Assembly: GCF_018977255.1 (NCBI RefSeq)
Contig: NW_024704742.1
Coordinates: forward strand, 56,236,001-56,300,000
Reading direction: 5' to 3'
Length of the DNA: 64,000 nucleotides
From: Callorhinchus milii
Lineage: Eukaryota
Position numbers and translations under genes: made by a program. The notes beneath the pieces are model-generated. The model saw only the letters and a list, made by a program, of their open reading frames with translations, did not search any database and was not told the DNA's origin. Of the stretch, positions 51,930 to 64,000 are shown one piece after another (the stretch's first letter is position 1; each line of letters begins with the position of its first letter).

Positions 51930-52015
51930 CTGTCGAACAGCATTGTCTTTGTATTGACTGCCATGGCTCCCATGGCCACCTGCCTTCTTGAGCTGCCATT
52001 GTGGATATTGACCAT
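51930..52015 (-). other. Candidate exon (86 bp), unidentified
   Basis: Perfect donor cag|gtaagt; weak acceptor; no stop codon in any frame. Confidence 0.2.
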
Positions 52016-52132
52016 CTAATCACAAGTCCAATCTGGCAATATTGAGTGACAAAGTTGAGGAATCTGACTTAATTCAGTCAGATTCCTATTCTGGTGAGTT
52101 TAATTGTTGTTATTCAGGCATTAAAGCAATCC

Positions 52133-52262
52133 AAAAGCAAATACTATTTATAGTTGGGAACACTCAGCAGATCAAGCAGCATCTATGGAGAAAGGTGACC
52201 TGCTGAGTGTTCCCAGCAATCTCTGTTTTTGTCTCGGATCTCCAGCATCTGCAGTATTTTGG
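52133..52262. mobile_element. Collapsed inverted Penelope-like remnant
   Basis: tgggaacactcagcag...ctgctgagtgttccca inverted arms, ccagcatctgcagtatttt end. Confidence 0.75.
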
Positions 52263-53209
52263 AGTTTACTATTTATAGTTTGTAGAGGCAAAGTATCTCA
52301 AGCATCCAACAAGTGTATTGGCAGAATTACTTTGTCATTTATGAAGAAAACTATCTGGAATCTACAGATCCCAATGGAGAAAATACCATTGTCATTTTGG
52401 ATAAAAGGGAAACTAAAAAAGTTGACAATGTCCAGCAGCACATCAGTATGTCACTATCATGGTAAAGTAACTGCACTGAAATAGCCCATAAAAGCAAGTC
52501 ACCACAATCATAATAATAATAAATAAAAAATATTCTTGCATCTGGTATGGCATCTTTCATGTTGGGAGGATGTCTCAAAGTCTTCATAGGCTTTATTGTG
52601 AAGTGATTATATTTGTAGGCGAATGAGGCAGCCCAATGGAGTACAGCAGTATTTTGCATTATTGTAATATATTGATGTACAATATTCCTGTAAAGTTCAG
52701 GTGGACATTAAAGATCGCATAGCACTAATCCAAAAGAGAAAGAAGTTTCTCCCAGTGTCCTGACCAACAATTCTCCAGATAAAATTGATGTTTGTGGGAT
52801 ACCGCCATCTGCAAATTGGCTGCAGCATCTGCCTACAAATACTCAATCCCTTACAATGAATCCTGTGAAGTACTTCAAGACATTCTCCTGACACAAAAGA
52901 CATATATCAAATGTAACTCTTGTAGCAGGTACTAGAACCTCAGGAGAGGAAGGCTTGAGGGTCAGAGGCTGTGTCTTCCTAAGGAAGTGATCACATTCCC
53001 CATATTCTCCTCTGGCTGGAGCCGTGGGCTGGCAAAGAGATGGTCATTGACCCAAAGCTGGAGGGGCCTGAGGGCTCGGGCAGCTGGTCCGATGTTTGTT
53101 AATGTTTAGGGCAGGAGGGGATTGTGCGAGGGGGATTATTGTTATGCTTGGATTAATGTGATTGTTGGAGAAATTGCCTGTATTTCATCATTATCTTCCC
53201 TTCACTTAC

Positions 53210-53270
53210 CCCCAGGGCTGCTGTCCTTCAGACCATCCATGAGGTGTGAAATGACTTGATTTAAGAAATA
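53210..53270 (-). other. Candidate exon (61 bp), unidentified
   Basis: Acceptor gttctccttcctcag|, donor ggg|gtaagt; open frame YFLNQVISHLMDGLKDSSPG. Confidence 0.3.
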
Positions 53271-54541
53271 CTGAGGAAGGAGAACAAGAAATTTCAAAGG
53301 CTGATTTCATTCTTTTTTGCAAATCCAAATGTTTTCTGTAGTACCGACTTAAAGCCGTGTTGTATCTTAGCTTTCAATAGGTTGCCAAGCAGTAGACAAT
53401 TACATAATAGTGTCAGCCTAAATAATAAGCTCAACACTGAGGTTGGGCACAAACCCACAAACTTCAGACCCAGAGGCAAACTACCATTTTAGGATAAACA
53501 CTGCAACTGCACAGAGTTCAGTCATTCCCAGGATGTCAGAAGGAGCTCCTGGGTAACCAGGTGAATCACTCTAGATTGCTCTTGGGTGTGACACATCCTA
53601 TATAATAATAATAATCCTCGCATTTGATATAGCGCCTTATCACATCTTCGAGACATTTCAAAGCTCTTCACAGAATATATTGTAAAGTGAATTGACTGTA
53701 TATTTTGTGGGCGAAAACGCAACGCACACAGCGGTGTCCCACAAATAGTTGTGGACTGAATGATTGAGTTCAGTTGGTCACACGCTCGTTTCTGAGTCAG
53801 AAAGTTGCGAGTTCAAGATCCATGTCTGGTCTATAACTAACATAAATCTAAGATGATACTCCAATGCTGTGCTGGGGATGTATTGTTGTTGTCAGATGTG
53901 CTGTTCTTCAGAGGTCCACAAGCAACAACACCAGCTTACATTTATATAGCACCCTTTACCTAGGGTAGAGACTCAGAATGCTTAATAATACTGACTTGGC
54001 AGTGCCTCAGCATTATTTTGATACCATTTTAAGTAATAACATAGAGGTATTTACTCAAATTGAAATGTTAGCTTATGCATTATAAGGTTTTAAATGCCCC
54101 CTGGAGGATTTTAATATGCTTGAGGATACTGCCACAGTGCAGCCTTTAATAGACCTTTATCCTTTTATGACCCTTTTAATATTATTTTATTGATACTTGG
54201 TAGAGACAGGAATTACAATATTGTAAAGTTTTAGACACTGCAACTTTCACTATTTCTAATTTGCTTTCTTATATCATAAAATGGCTCCAGGCATCAACCC
54301 TGAAGTCATTTTTAATTGGGACCAAATTATATAAACAATCAATGTGATGTAATATGCTACCATTGTGCAATTTTGATAGCTTTAAGGCATATTTTCCCAT
54401 GCAAAAAATGTGTAACTTTTTTTATTCCAATCTCTCTTGTTGCTGGATCATAGAAACAGATGACAGAAAGTCTTAAGGCATGACATCACAAGTCTCACAC
54501 GTATCTACAGGAAAATAGTGAACACACTGCAGTGGTAATCA

Positions 54542-54780
54542 CACAAGATCTCAAGATTAGGCTGGATGAAGAAGGTCCTCTGATCTCATCCCTGTAGAAC
54601 ACCCGCCCAGAGTCAACCATGCATCATGCATCAAACTGCTCTTTAAATGAGTCTAGTGGCCTGGCCTCCACTGCCTTTTATGGCAACCTGTTTCAACTTT
54701 TGGTTACCCTCTGCATAAAGAAAACCTTGTTACATCTTTACAGCTCTAAACCCAAATCCTCTTGTTCTACTCTCTCGTGA
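54542..54780 (-). mobile_element. Old CR1 3' end
   Basis: Homologous to 42558-42800 (gatgaagaagg..tttaaatgagtc.agtg..ctggcc). Confidence 0.6.
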
Positions 54781-54985
54781 GGCCAGAGGGTTAATTCTCT
54801 CAAAATGGAGAATGTAACAATCTAATGGATTCCCTAATTGCCATAGGTTTTCTTTTCTAGATCTCCTTGGCCTAAAATTGTGGAGAATTCTTAAATTCAG
54901 TCTTAATTCATAATTTGGTTTAGCTCAGCCCTTAAAATGAAAAAACTTCCAAATTAAGACAAAATGTAATCATTTCTACAGTCAT

Positions 54986-55356
54986 ATAATAATAATCCTT
55001 GCAATTGATATAGCGCCTTATCACATCTTTGAGACGTCTCAAAGAGCTTCACAGAATATACTGTAAATTGAATTGACTGTATGTTTTGTGGGCGAAACAC
55101 AGCAGCCAATTGTGAACAGCAGTGTCCCACAGACAGTCGGAGATTGAGTAACCAAATTATTATTTTTTTTGAAGGAATTATTATCCTTAGGAAAGCAATC
55201 CCCAGTCAAATTAACAATTGGATTCCTACTTACTGCTAGGTAAACAGAGGAGTGTGGAGTAACGAAACTTGCCTAAAGTTTTGCCATGCCCAGGAATCGT
55301 ACCCAGGTATTCTTGCTTGCGAGGCGAGTGCTCTAACCACTACATTACAGGACTCC
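54986..55356 (-). mobile_element. Long-form tRNA/CORE-like SINE, full length
   Basis: Head ggagtcctgtaatgtagtggttagagcactcgcctcgcaagc; retains ctctgtttacctagcagtaagtagg. Confidence 0.9.
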
Positions 55357-55504
55357 ACTTCTAAGCAATTTTACATGCTAAAACTAAGAATCAGATACAT
55401 TAGACAAGTTGGGAGGCTGGTGGAGCAGATAGTCTTACTCCAAGAACTTTACCAGTGTACTTTGTGGTCAGTGACCATAAGGATGTGTGTAAGAGAAGGA
55501 AAAA

Positions 55505-55882
55505 AACATTTTTTATAGTGCCTTGTATGTCAGAGTGAACTTTACACTAATTATTATCAAGTTACAGGCAACCTTGCCAATCATTTTGCACACGACTTCC
55601 CACAAATAACCATCACCTACTAATCTGAAAAAATTGCTAGCCAGGACACCAGGAGAAATTACCTTCTCTTTCTGAAGAAGATCATAACATTTAACACCCA
55701 TCTAAACAGGCAGACAGACCTCAGTTTAGTGACTCTTCCAAAAGACAATGTTTCTGACAGCACTTCTCCAGCACAGTACTGGAGCGTCAACCTCGACTGT
55801 GAGTTCATGCCGTGATGAGGAATTCGAACTCAGAACCTTCTGACCCAGAGGCGTGATTGACACCAACTGAGCCAAACTGGCA
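55505..55882 (-). mobile_element. Degraded DeuSINE
   Basis: Head ttggctcagttggt..tctgggtcagaaggtt; Deu body. Confidence 0.7.
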
Positions 55883-56949
55883 CTCGGCACTGACTGAATT
55901 GAATTGCTTTCCCTTTACTTTCACGCAATCTGGGAACTGACGTGAAATTTGAATTAAATCACACACTGAATATGCAAAGCGATTACTTTTGAGTGTTCTT
56001 TTGTGAAAACACAGTGTTAGAAATAGTATGTCACAAATTAAACTCCAGGATCAAATGGCAGGTTATCAGTGATGTTTACAAAACAATGAAGATCGCATTC
56101 CACATCAGCTGCCCATGGGCTGGGAACTCAAACCCTTTCAATTGCTTTCAGATACTGTGCCAAATTCTGCATTTTCATGAGCAGCACAGTAATGTGTTGG
56201 CTGAACATAAAAGCAAAAGGTCCTCACAGATGCAGCTTCTTATTTTTGGATTCCTGGTGTATGTTTACGTGCTGGAAAAGCAGAGAAAGGATGCCACATC
56301 ATTACTTTAATTCACAGTGGTGCAGTCAATTAGATACAGTCCACTTCAATTAGATATAATAGGTCAAGTTCTGTTTATAGTGTTACTGCTTTGCATAAAA
56401 GCCTTTTTGAATTGGGGTGATAAAAAGATAATAACAATGCTTGCATGTCAAAGCATTCACAAGATTTACTGTAAAGTGTAGTGACTACGTGATTTGTGAG
56501 TGAATGTAGCAGTCAATTTCCATACATGAATGTCTCACAAACAGCTGTGAAATGAATGATCAATTTTATCTGGGTGATTGTTGCCCGGGACATCGGGTGA
56601 GATTTTCTTCTATATTTGCCATATTTGACAATTGCACATATTCACAGGTCATCAGTCAATGAAGATGTCTCTGAAAAAACACTGTTGTCGGTGATGAGAT
56701 GTAAACATAGTAAAAGTCATGGCTGCTAAAGAAAATAATAAAATACACACGTACAAATCTATTCTTTGAAAGTTTCAAACTGTAACAATCCTGAGGAAGA
56801 AAAGGAAAACCAGCTCTAAATCTACCAGTGCTCAGAATGCCTGAGGATAGTTAATGACTGGAAAGGTGCCAGGAAGGATGGGTGAGGCCAGAGCACAACT
56901 CATTTAAAATAAGCATTTTGATGTGATGATTGGTAAAAAGATGGAAGGT

Positions 56950-57196
56950 TATTTTGGTCAGCTGGGTATCTGACACATGCGGAAGACCATCACCATGCTT
57001 AAGAATGTCATACATCTCACTGACACATGGAAATTCCAGAAATAAATTGTTGGAATGGAATATGCACTCTCTCCCTGGAGGGATGCATCCTGTTTACCTA
57101 ATTCCGGAAAGTATTTGTCACAGGTTGGCAAGAGCCATGGCTTGGGGACCCCAGAGTATGCGCTGCAGTACTCTTGGAGTCCAAACAGCACTGTCA
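56950..57196 (-). mobile_element. 5'-truncated copy D of unclassified retroposon
   Basis: ggtcagctgggtatctgacacatgcggaagaccatcaccatgcttaaga..ggaaattccagaaata..ggcttggggaccccagagt. Confidence 0.8.
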
Positions 57197-58297
57197 TTTC
57201 TCAAACTGAAAGCTTTTCACAAGAAGACATTTTTATGTTAATCAGAATTTTTTCAAACTATTATAAATGTAAACAATCTGTCCTCTCATATTCACAATTT
57301 AAAGTTAATTTGCTTAATGCTATAATTTGTGTTACCTTCTTAGGACTTTATAACATTTATAAATTTCAATAAATGTTGGCCAAGTGAGATGTAATAGCAA
57401 AGCTCAGGCCATTCGGTGGCATGCACAGGCAATAATTCTATGTTATGCCTGGACTAAACTAAGAATTAATAATGAGAAAAAAACTGTGGATAATAATTCC
57501 TCCCCAAAAAAAATAATAATAGTAAATTAGTCACTTAATCCACGACTGTTTGTGGGACACTGCTGTGTGCAATTGGCTGCCGCATTTCGCCCACAAAATA
57601 TACAGTCAATTCACTTTACAGTATATTCTGTGAAGCAGTTAGGAATGTCTCGAAGATGTGATAAGGTGCTATATCAAACACAAGGATTATTATTATTTTT
57701 ATTGACCCTGTTCCAACAGTCTATTAGATCTTGGCAGATGTTGGCTTCCAACTGATCCAGGTGTTAGACAAGTGTTAGCCAGGTAACACTCTCACCTGAA
57801 TCACAAGGCTTGGTGGGTTGAAACCCCACATCAGGACTTTGAATTCACATAGTCAAGGCTGACAGCTATGCTGGTGGTGTGTCTTACTGTTGGAGGTGCT
57901 TTCTTTTGGATGAGATGTTAAACCGAGATTTCTAGTGACTATTCAGGTGAATCTTAATTCTTTTTGGGTCATTTTCCAGCTCAGACATTGTACCAAAGTT
58001 GGTGGGTGGTGGAGTCGAGATAGGGTGGGGACTTAGACCCACAGACAGACGACTGCAATTGTTTTTCGCAATACGATAATGATACTAATGACAATTATCA
58101 CAATCGTTAATTATCGCAGGTCCCACCACACTTTACAACCAGCTATTTTATATGATGTTCATGATTTCTTGGAAGTCGAAGGTCCACTTAATCCTAAAAT
58201 TAAGAAACTATTGAGGTTGACAAACACTTTATGGATCTGATCACATTGTCAATTATTGGTTTTAAGTTGTCACAAGATATTTATATGCCAGACTTCC

Positions 58298-58655
58298 ATT
58301 TTTATTTGGGCAGCCAGGAATGTGACAATTGCGAAAAACCATCACCATGGTTAAGAGTATCCAAACCTAACTGAGAGTTCCATGCATACCACCTACACAT
58401 GGCAATCCCTATGTTTTGAGATGGAATATTCCCTCTCTCCCTCTCTTGAAGAATGTAACCTGCTCACCAAATTCAGAATTCAGTACAGGCTGTTAAGAAT
58501 CAAGGCCTAGGGACACCAAAGTTTATGTTAGGGTATTGCTGAAGTTTAACCAGCTAAAACTGCATAGCTTGCCATTAACTACATAGTTGTCCAGCACGGT
58601 TTTGTGCTGCGTGTCCAGCACTGACCACCTTACTTATCCATTAGGGCTTTAGCTG
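58298..58655 (-). mobile_element. 5'-truncated copy E of unclassified retroposon
   Basis: aaccatcaccatggttaagagtatcc..actgagagttccatgcat..taaccagctaaaactgca.agctt. Confidence 0.75.
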
Positions 58656-60658
58656 TAAGTTTAGTCTGAGGGACATCATCCAATTAAAGCTGATCCTAAA
58701 CTGACCCCAAATGAAATACATCCAGTACAATTTACATTTGGAATTATTTAATACTTTTCACTGAAGACTACTCAAATAGCTTGACTTAGCTGGAAAGGCA
58801 CTCAAACTAGAAGTTGGAGCCAAAGTGTGGAGAAAAAAGAATCTTTCTGGAGACACAAAATAACTACTGTAGAAACAGGATCAGTTTCAACAATCTGATT
58901 AAAACTGCTCAGATCAAGTTACCCAATATTTGCTTCATTGGGGAGAAGATGGGGTTTGACAAAATGTTACACAACAGTATTTTTTGCATTATTATTATTA
59001 TTTTTATTGATAATCTCCTGTTTTACTGTTAATATTAATTCAGTAAAATCTGTGCTTAGATCTTTGTCTCAGAAAAGAGCCTTGACAAAAATGCTTTACC
59101 TATGGGTCTTTCCCCATCGCATTTCTACATTGTGCGTTGGTCATCAGGTTAGGATGTTCATGAGTCTCACTGGAAGAGTGAGAATTTTCAGGCTGACTCG
59201 TTAAATATATAAATACAAATAACTCCCCCTTGGCCCAGGGGTGCTGAATCCAATTTATTTTCAACTAAAATAGCTATCTCAGCAATTCTAAATTTCACAT
59301 AGAGTAAATCTAGATCCAGATGGAAAGTCTCCCAAATACTATGCAGCAGAACCCTCACTTTGTAACACAGAACAATCAAATCTAAGACCATCTAAAGTCG
59401 AGTGTCATTAGGCCTATGCTGCATAGATTAACAGAGTGCTAGAGAACTGCTCTGAACTCTAAAAGACGATGGTGCTGTGAATCTGGAGCGTTTGTTGCAA
59501 TGCTCTTAGCGAGTCTCTTTCACTGTCATGCGAAGAAGAAAAATCTATCTTCATTTGCACATGTTAAAACCTGTTTTGAGGCTTATAATTGAGGGCCATA
59601 AAATAGTTGTTTAGTTCTGCTGCAGACTGAGCAAACTCAAGGATTCACCTTCAAAGTTGGTATCTTGAAATTCTCATCACTTTATGTTCAGAGAAAGAAA
59701 GAAGGAAAGAAATGTGTAAAATGCTTAAAGGAAGTATATTGAAACTCACTTAAAAGGATTGTGAGTTCTAAAACCTTTAGGGAAAAGTGCTGAAAGTCAC
59801 CTTCTGTAGTATAATTGTGTGCATCATTGCCTATCTAAGTTATATGATCTTGTATGAATTGGCTGAAAAATAGCTACATTAATACTTATTTTACTGAACA
59901 ATATGCTGTTCCATCCGATAAGTGAGTACAGCACCTGAAGTGCTACATCTAAATCTGTTTTGTTACAATGATCCAGTTAACGCTAATAAGTCCTTTACAC
60001 ATTAACAATTTACATGTATTTAGTGATTCACACAGCTGATTGGGGGCCTGAGTTAGGAGGTGGGAAACTGAGAGTGGCGGAAAGATAGATCTTAAAATGG
60101 GTTTTGAAGGCAGGAGGGAGGGGAAATGTCAGAGGGACTCTGGGATAGAGTTCCAGAGAGTGGAAGCAGAATGGTTCAAATCTCACCTAACAATGGTGGG
60201 GAGAATCAGGTGATGGACATGCAGCAGGCTGGTGCAGCAGTATATTCAGTACTTGAGTTGAGAAGACCCCGGCAGAAGCTAAGCAGGAGAGCCTTGGTCT
60301 TGTTGACCTTCAACTGAAGAAAATTAGAGCTCTGAAAGGTGCTCAGTCAGAACAATATTGGACCGGGAATCAAGGGTACAAGCGGCAGAGTGATAGAGTT
60401 GAGTGTCAAACCAGCTTACAAGCCTGCGGAACTCTGCATGTGATTCTGCAGCGGCAAGAATGGAAAAAATTAATAAAATACAAAGAAAAAGGTTTTGAGT
60501 TCACCTTAGAAACATCAATAACTATCCTTCAGATATTATTTCAGCTGAGAGCTTTGAGTGCCCAAGTCAAGTCTCTTTAAATCTACATAGCTGGATTTAC
60601 ATTTTTTTCATAGATGATCTAAATATCCAATTCATTTTCTTCCCATTTAGGAAGTGAC

Positions 60659-61022
60659 GTCCTGTAGGGTAGTGGTTAGAGCAATCGCCTCGCAAGCAAG
60701 AGGACCTGGGTAGGATTCCTGGGTAAGGCGAAACTTTGGGCAAGTTTCCTTACTCTACATGCCTCTGTTTACCTAGCAGTAAGTAGGAATCCAATTGTTA
60801 GTTTGACTAGTGGATTGCTTTTCCGGGGGTAATAATAACTTTTAAAAAATTTGATCACTCAATCGATGATTGTTTGTGCGACAGTACTGTGTCCAATTGG
60901 CTGCCCGTTTCGCCCACAAAATATACAGTTGATTCACTGTACAGTATATTCTGTGAAGCGCTTTGAGACGTCTTGAAGATGTGATAAGGCTCTATATCAA
61001 ATGCAAGAATTATTATTAATAT
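60659..61022 (+). mobile_element. Long-form tRNA/CORE-like SINE, full length
   Basis: tRNA head, ttgggcaagtttccttactctacatgcctctgtttacctagcagtaagtagg, shared 3' module. Confidence 0.9.
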
Positions 61023-61401
61023 AATATTCACCTTAAAAGAGACTGAGTAAAGTACTTGCACATCAGGTAACAGAAAGGCTGTTTGCTGGCCTGGAGAATG
61101 AGCCATATGCACACCTGGAGCACAGACACGTATAGCAATCTATATTGTATATTGGTGCTCATCCTTAACTGTCCAGCACCTTGGGATGTCCTCCTGATGT
61201 GAAAGGCACTATGCAAATGTAATTTGTTGTTGTTGTAAGGGATGAGAATGTCTGTAAATTGTACCAATTGTAAAACTGAGTGGAGAAACCGTTTTCTTAA
61301 TATTAATAATGCAGCACAGTGTTTCTGTCTCTTCAGCATTGCACTGAACAACTGAATTGACAGGAGTGGAATCTTTGGTGATGTAGTAATTAACCAACTA
61401 A

Positions 61402-62005
61402 TGACTATGCCTCGTGGTGGAGAGGTAAGCAGGGTCTCCTCGGAGCTGGCTCCAAGATCTGACATGCTCGGCAATAGAATGTCAGAAATGAATCAAACAT
61501 ATGTGGCGGTCTCGGTAGTGATTCCTGAGTCAAGCGGGTCCACAGTATTCCACAGGACAGCTGATGACAGACCAGTCTGCCTGGCTCATCAATATGGCTT
61601 AGAGGGGAACACTGAGGGCAGGGATTTTTCCCATTCAACTCCTGTTAACTCTACAAACTAAAACCCTAAAGGGAAGGGTGGTCTCAGTTGGACAAGCAGC
61701 AAGATGCTTGCAAGACCATACTATCAGTGGTAAGCTATGATGGTATTGGCTAGTTAGATTCCAGCAGTATCCTAAAGCACATTCTGGGTGCCCCAAGCCT
61801 TTGCACCTGCCAATCTGTGCTTAATGATCTCTGGAATTAGATAAGCAGGATATAGCCACTCTGGTGAGAGTATGCATTCCATTCCAAACGCAGGAAATAC
61901 CATGTATAGGTGGGATGCATGTAATTGTCATGCTGGTTTTGATATTCATAAGCATGGTGATGGGTTTCTGCATGTGTCAGACATCCAGCTGACCAAAAAC
62001 AAAAT
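61402..62005 (+). mobile_element. Apparently full-length copy A of unclassified ~590-bp retroposon
   Basis: Collinear with copy B; 3' hairpin GTCAG-ACATCCAG-CTGAC at 61976-61993, then aaaaacaaaa. Confidence 0.8.
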
Positions 62006-64000
62006 AAGCACATGTTGGAAACTTTCACCCCTTTGTCCCTTTTGTTAGAATTGGTCATTCACTTCATGACTGGTCGGGGGGTTTTGCTACATCAAATGAT
62101 AGGGGTATTATTATTTTATTGTCCTTACCTTTGTCCTACATTTCCATTTGTAAGGTCCTCCAACTGATTTATTGATGCTGGAATAAGCTAATGAAAAATA
62201 TATCACTTCACTTTTGGCAAATTGTGAATAGTAGGAGTACATTCTGCCAGGGATTTATCCTAATTTATGGGTGAGTGAGTGATCCAACCATTTGCTGAAG
62301 TTTGGATGGAAGTTTGGTGAGGACATAATCTGAATCAAAGGTAGGTAAGATCACTTCACAATACTGTTTGAATTCACACAGTGGAATAGTCATTTGAGAG
62401 ATAAGGTTTACAGAGGGTATATCGTTCCCATGGGACACTATTCCACAAAGAGTTAGAGATTGAAGAGGAAAAATTGATTCAAGTGATTCTGCTTTCACTA
62501 TGCTGGGAGGCCTGTTCCAAAAGTCATAGCTCTAAATGTAAAACAGTTCATCTGCAAGTCAGATGTAGCTTTCTGTTTCCTTAGCTTATATTCATGTCGT
62601 ATAGGTCTCCGTGCATAGTTTAAGACAGAAAATCTATCCTCTACTCTGCTGATGACCTTTGAGATTTAAAACTTTTGCATCATATTCCCCTTAGGTTACA
62701 TATTTAAATAATATGCATTGGTCCTGATATCTATTCTTACTATTTCTAAGATGAATCATTCAAAGTACATTCATTTTTCTGCTCCCTTAGGTGAAATTGT
62801 TTCTGTAATATTGCATTATGTCTGTTCCTGTTTCTTATGTTCACCAAAAGGGTCTCGGGAGAATGTTACCTTGTTTTTGTCCAACTTATCTAACGTAAGT
62901 AACCAGCTATGTGTTCAGAAAACTGGCCACTGTGATATGATTAACTCATCTTTGGTTTCTATAGTAATCTTTCTGAGCATTATGTTATGTGATGGCAAAG
63001 AGGCAAAAATAGGCAACGGAGTTTCAAACCTAAAAAAAGGCCCTGCTTCTGACATCAGATTTATGCGATCAGAAATCAACACACTACGATTTGTTCTCAT
63101 GTAATCCGGAGGTGACAGCAGGGTAACTATTTTGTTCTCCCAGTGATTTCACATACCTATAAATGCAACAGTTCGTGATCACGTTTTTGTTCCACATGCC
63201 AGAATGTCCTGGGGATGTAGCTAGCCTCATCTGATCTTCTCTCTCTATTCACCAAGAATGTCAGAGACTTAAACCTGCCACCATTCATTGTTTTCATCCA
63301 ACAATGGAACACATGTAAATGACAAATATGCTTGCACGGAGAATCAAACAGGAAATGTACCTACTGCATAATCGACACACAGTCTCTGAAATGATTCAGA
63401 ATGCTTTATTTAAGAAGCTCCCTTTCATCTGCTCAGAGACTGTGTCAACAAAGGGCACTATTTTGTGCTGGCTTGCTCATTTCCTGCTTTGGTGTGTGTG
63501 GAACCAGTTTATTCTGCAGCACAAGATAACAAGCTTAGTTCAAGTGAAGAAAACCCTTCACCTGATGTAGCATTTGTGCAACGCAATATGAAAGTGTTCT
63601 GTGAAATCTTTTGATTGTTCACATGGGAAATAAAATTCAGTAGAGGGTCACTTGTGGTTCTTCATGTGTATGTGTTGTCTTCTGAAATCATTACTGAGGA
63701 TAGTTTTATTTTTCATCCTCTGAGAAGGCCACAATATATTCTATCATAGCTTCCACTAGGCTGGGGGAAGGGACATCCCCACTATCTACTGCTCCCTGCC
63801 ACTTGCTGTAAAGACCGATCACCTTGACCAGCCACTGGTGACTGGATACCACTTGCTTCTGCTTGTCTACCAATGTTGAGCTGCTTGATGCAGTACTTGA
63901 TGGCACAAGGCTGCTAAAGCTATTCCACACCAACAAGCCTTCTGAATGCTGTCCGGAATGCAGGGTCGGCAAAGATAAAGTGGCGCCCTGAGGGAAAGCT

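Noticed and set aside
61430..61460. TCCTCG near the 5' end of the unclassified retroposon as an HDV-like ribozyme L3 loop
   Set aside because: Could not form P3, P1 or P2 pairings in either full-length copy
61560..61585. CTGATGA in the unclassified retroposon as a hammerhead core
   Set aside because: No GAAA after the putative helix II in copy A or copy B
63706..63972. 88-aa minus-strand ORF at the window end
   Set aside because: Non-ATG start, no recognisable domain, no convincing splice boundaries
1..64000. CRISPR array, operon or other prokaryotic system
   Set aside because: No regularly spaced repeats or dense ORFs; all repeats are dispersed eukaryotic TEs or microsatellites

Overview
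Eukaryotic (vertebrate) non-coding DNA that is AT-rich and densely filled with transposable elements. The repeat content points to a cartilaginous fish, most likely a holocephalan such as Callorhinchus milii; this is an inference from L2 and CR1 LINEs, SacSINE1-like DeuSINEs, a young tRNA-headed SINE with an (ATT)n tail, and palindromic Penelope remnants. I could not identify any intact protein-coding gene, and almost all ORFs in the track come from TE fragments. The window contains a decayed Gypsy pol with PPT/LTR, many L2 and CR1 3' fragments, two SINE families sharing one 3' module, three Penelope-like remnants (two with a visible hammerhead core), a MITE family and a probable solo LTR. The most interesting items are: (i) an unclassified ~590-bp retroposon family with 6 copies, a common 3' hairpin, an A-rich tail and variable 5' truncation; (ii) a 212-bp palindromic Penelope insertion with a 14-bp TSD and a hammerhead ribozyme core; (iii) modular SINE evolution that tracks the L2 3' stem-loop; (iv) a CpG-rich YY1/ETS/CRE promoter-like cluster at the 5' edge of an endonuclease-bearing L2. 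A few candidate exons are listed at low confidence. Boundaries of degraded repeats are approximate.
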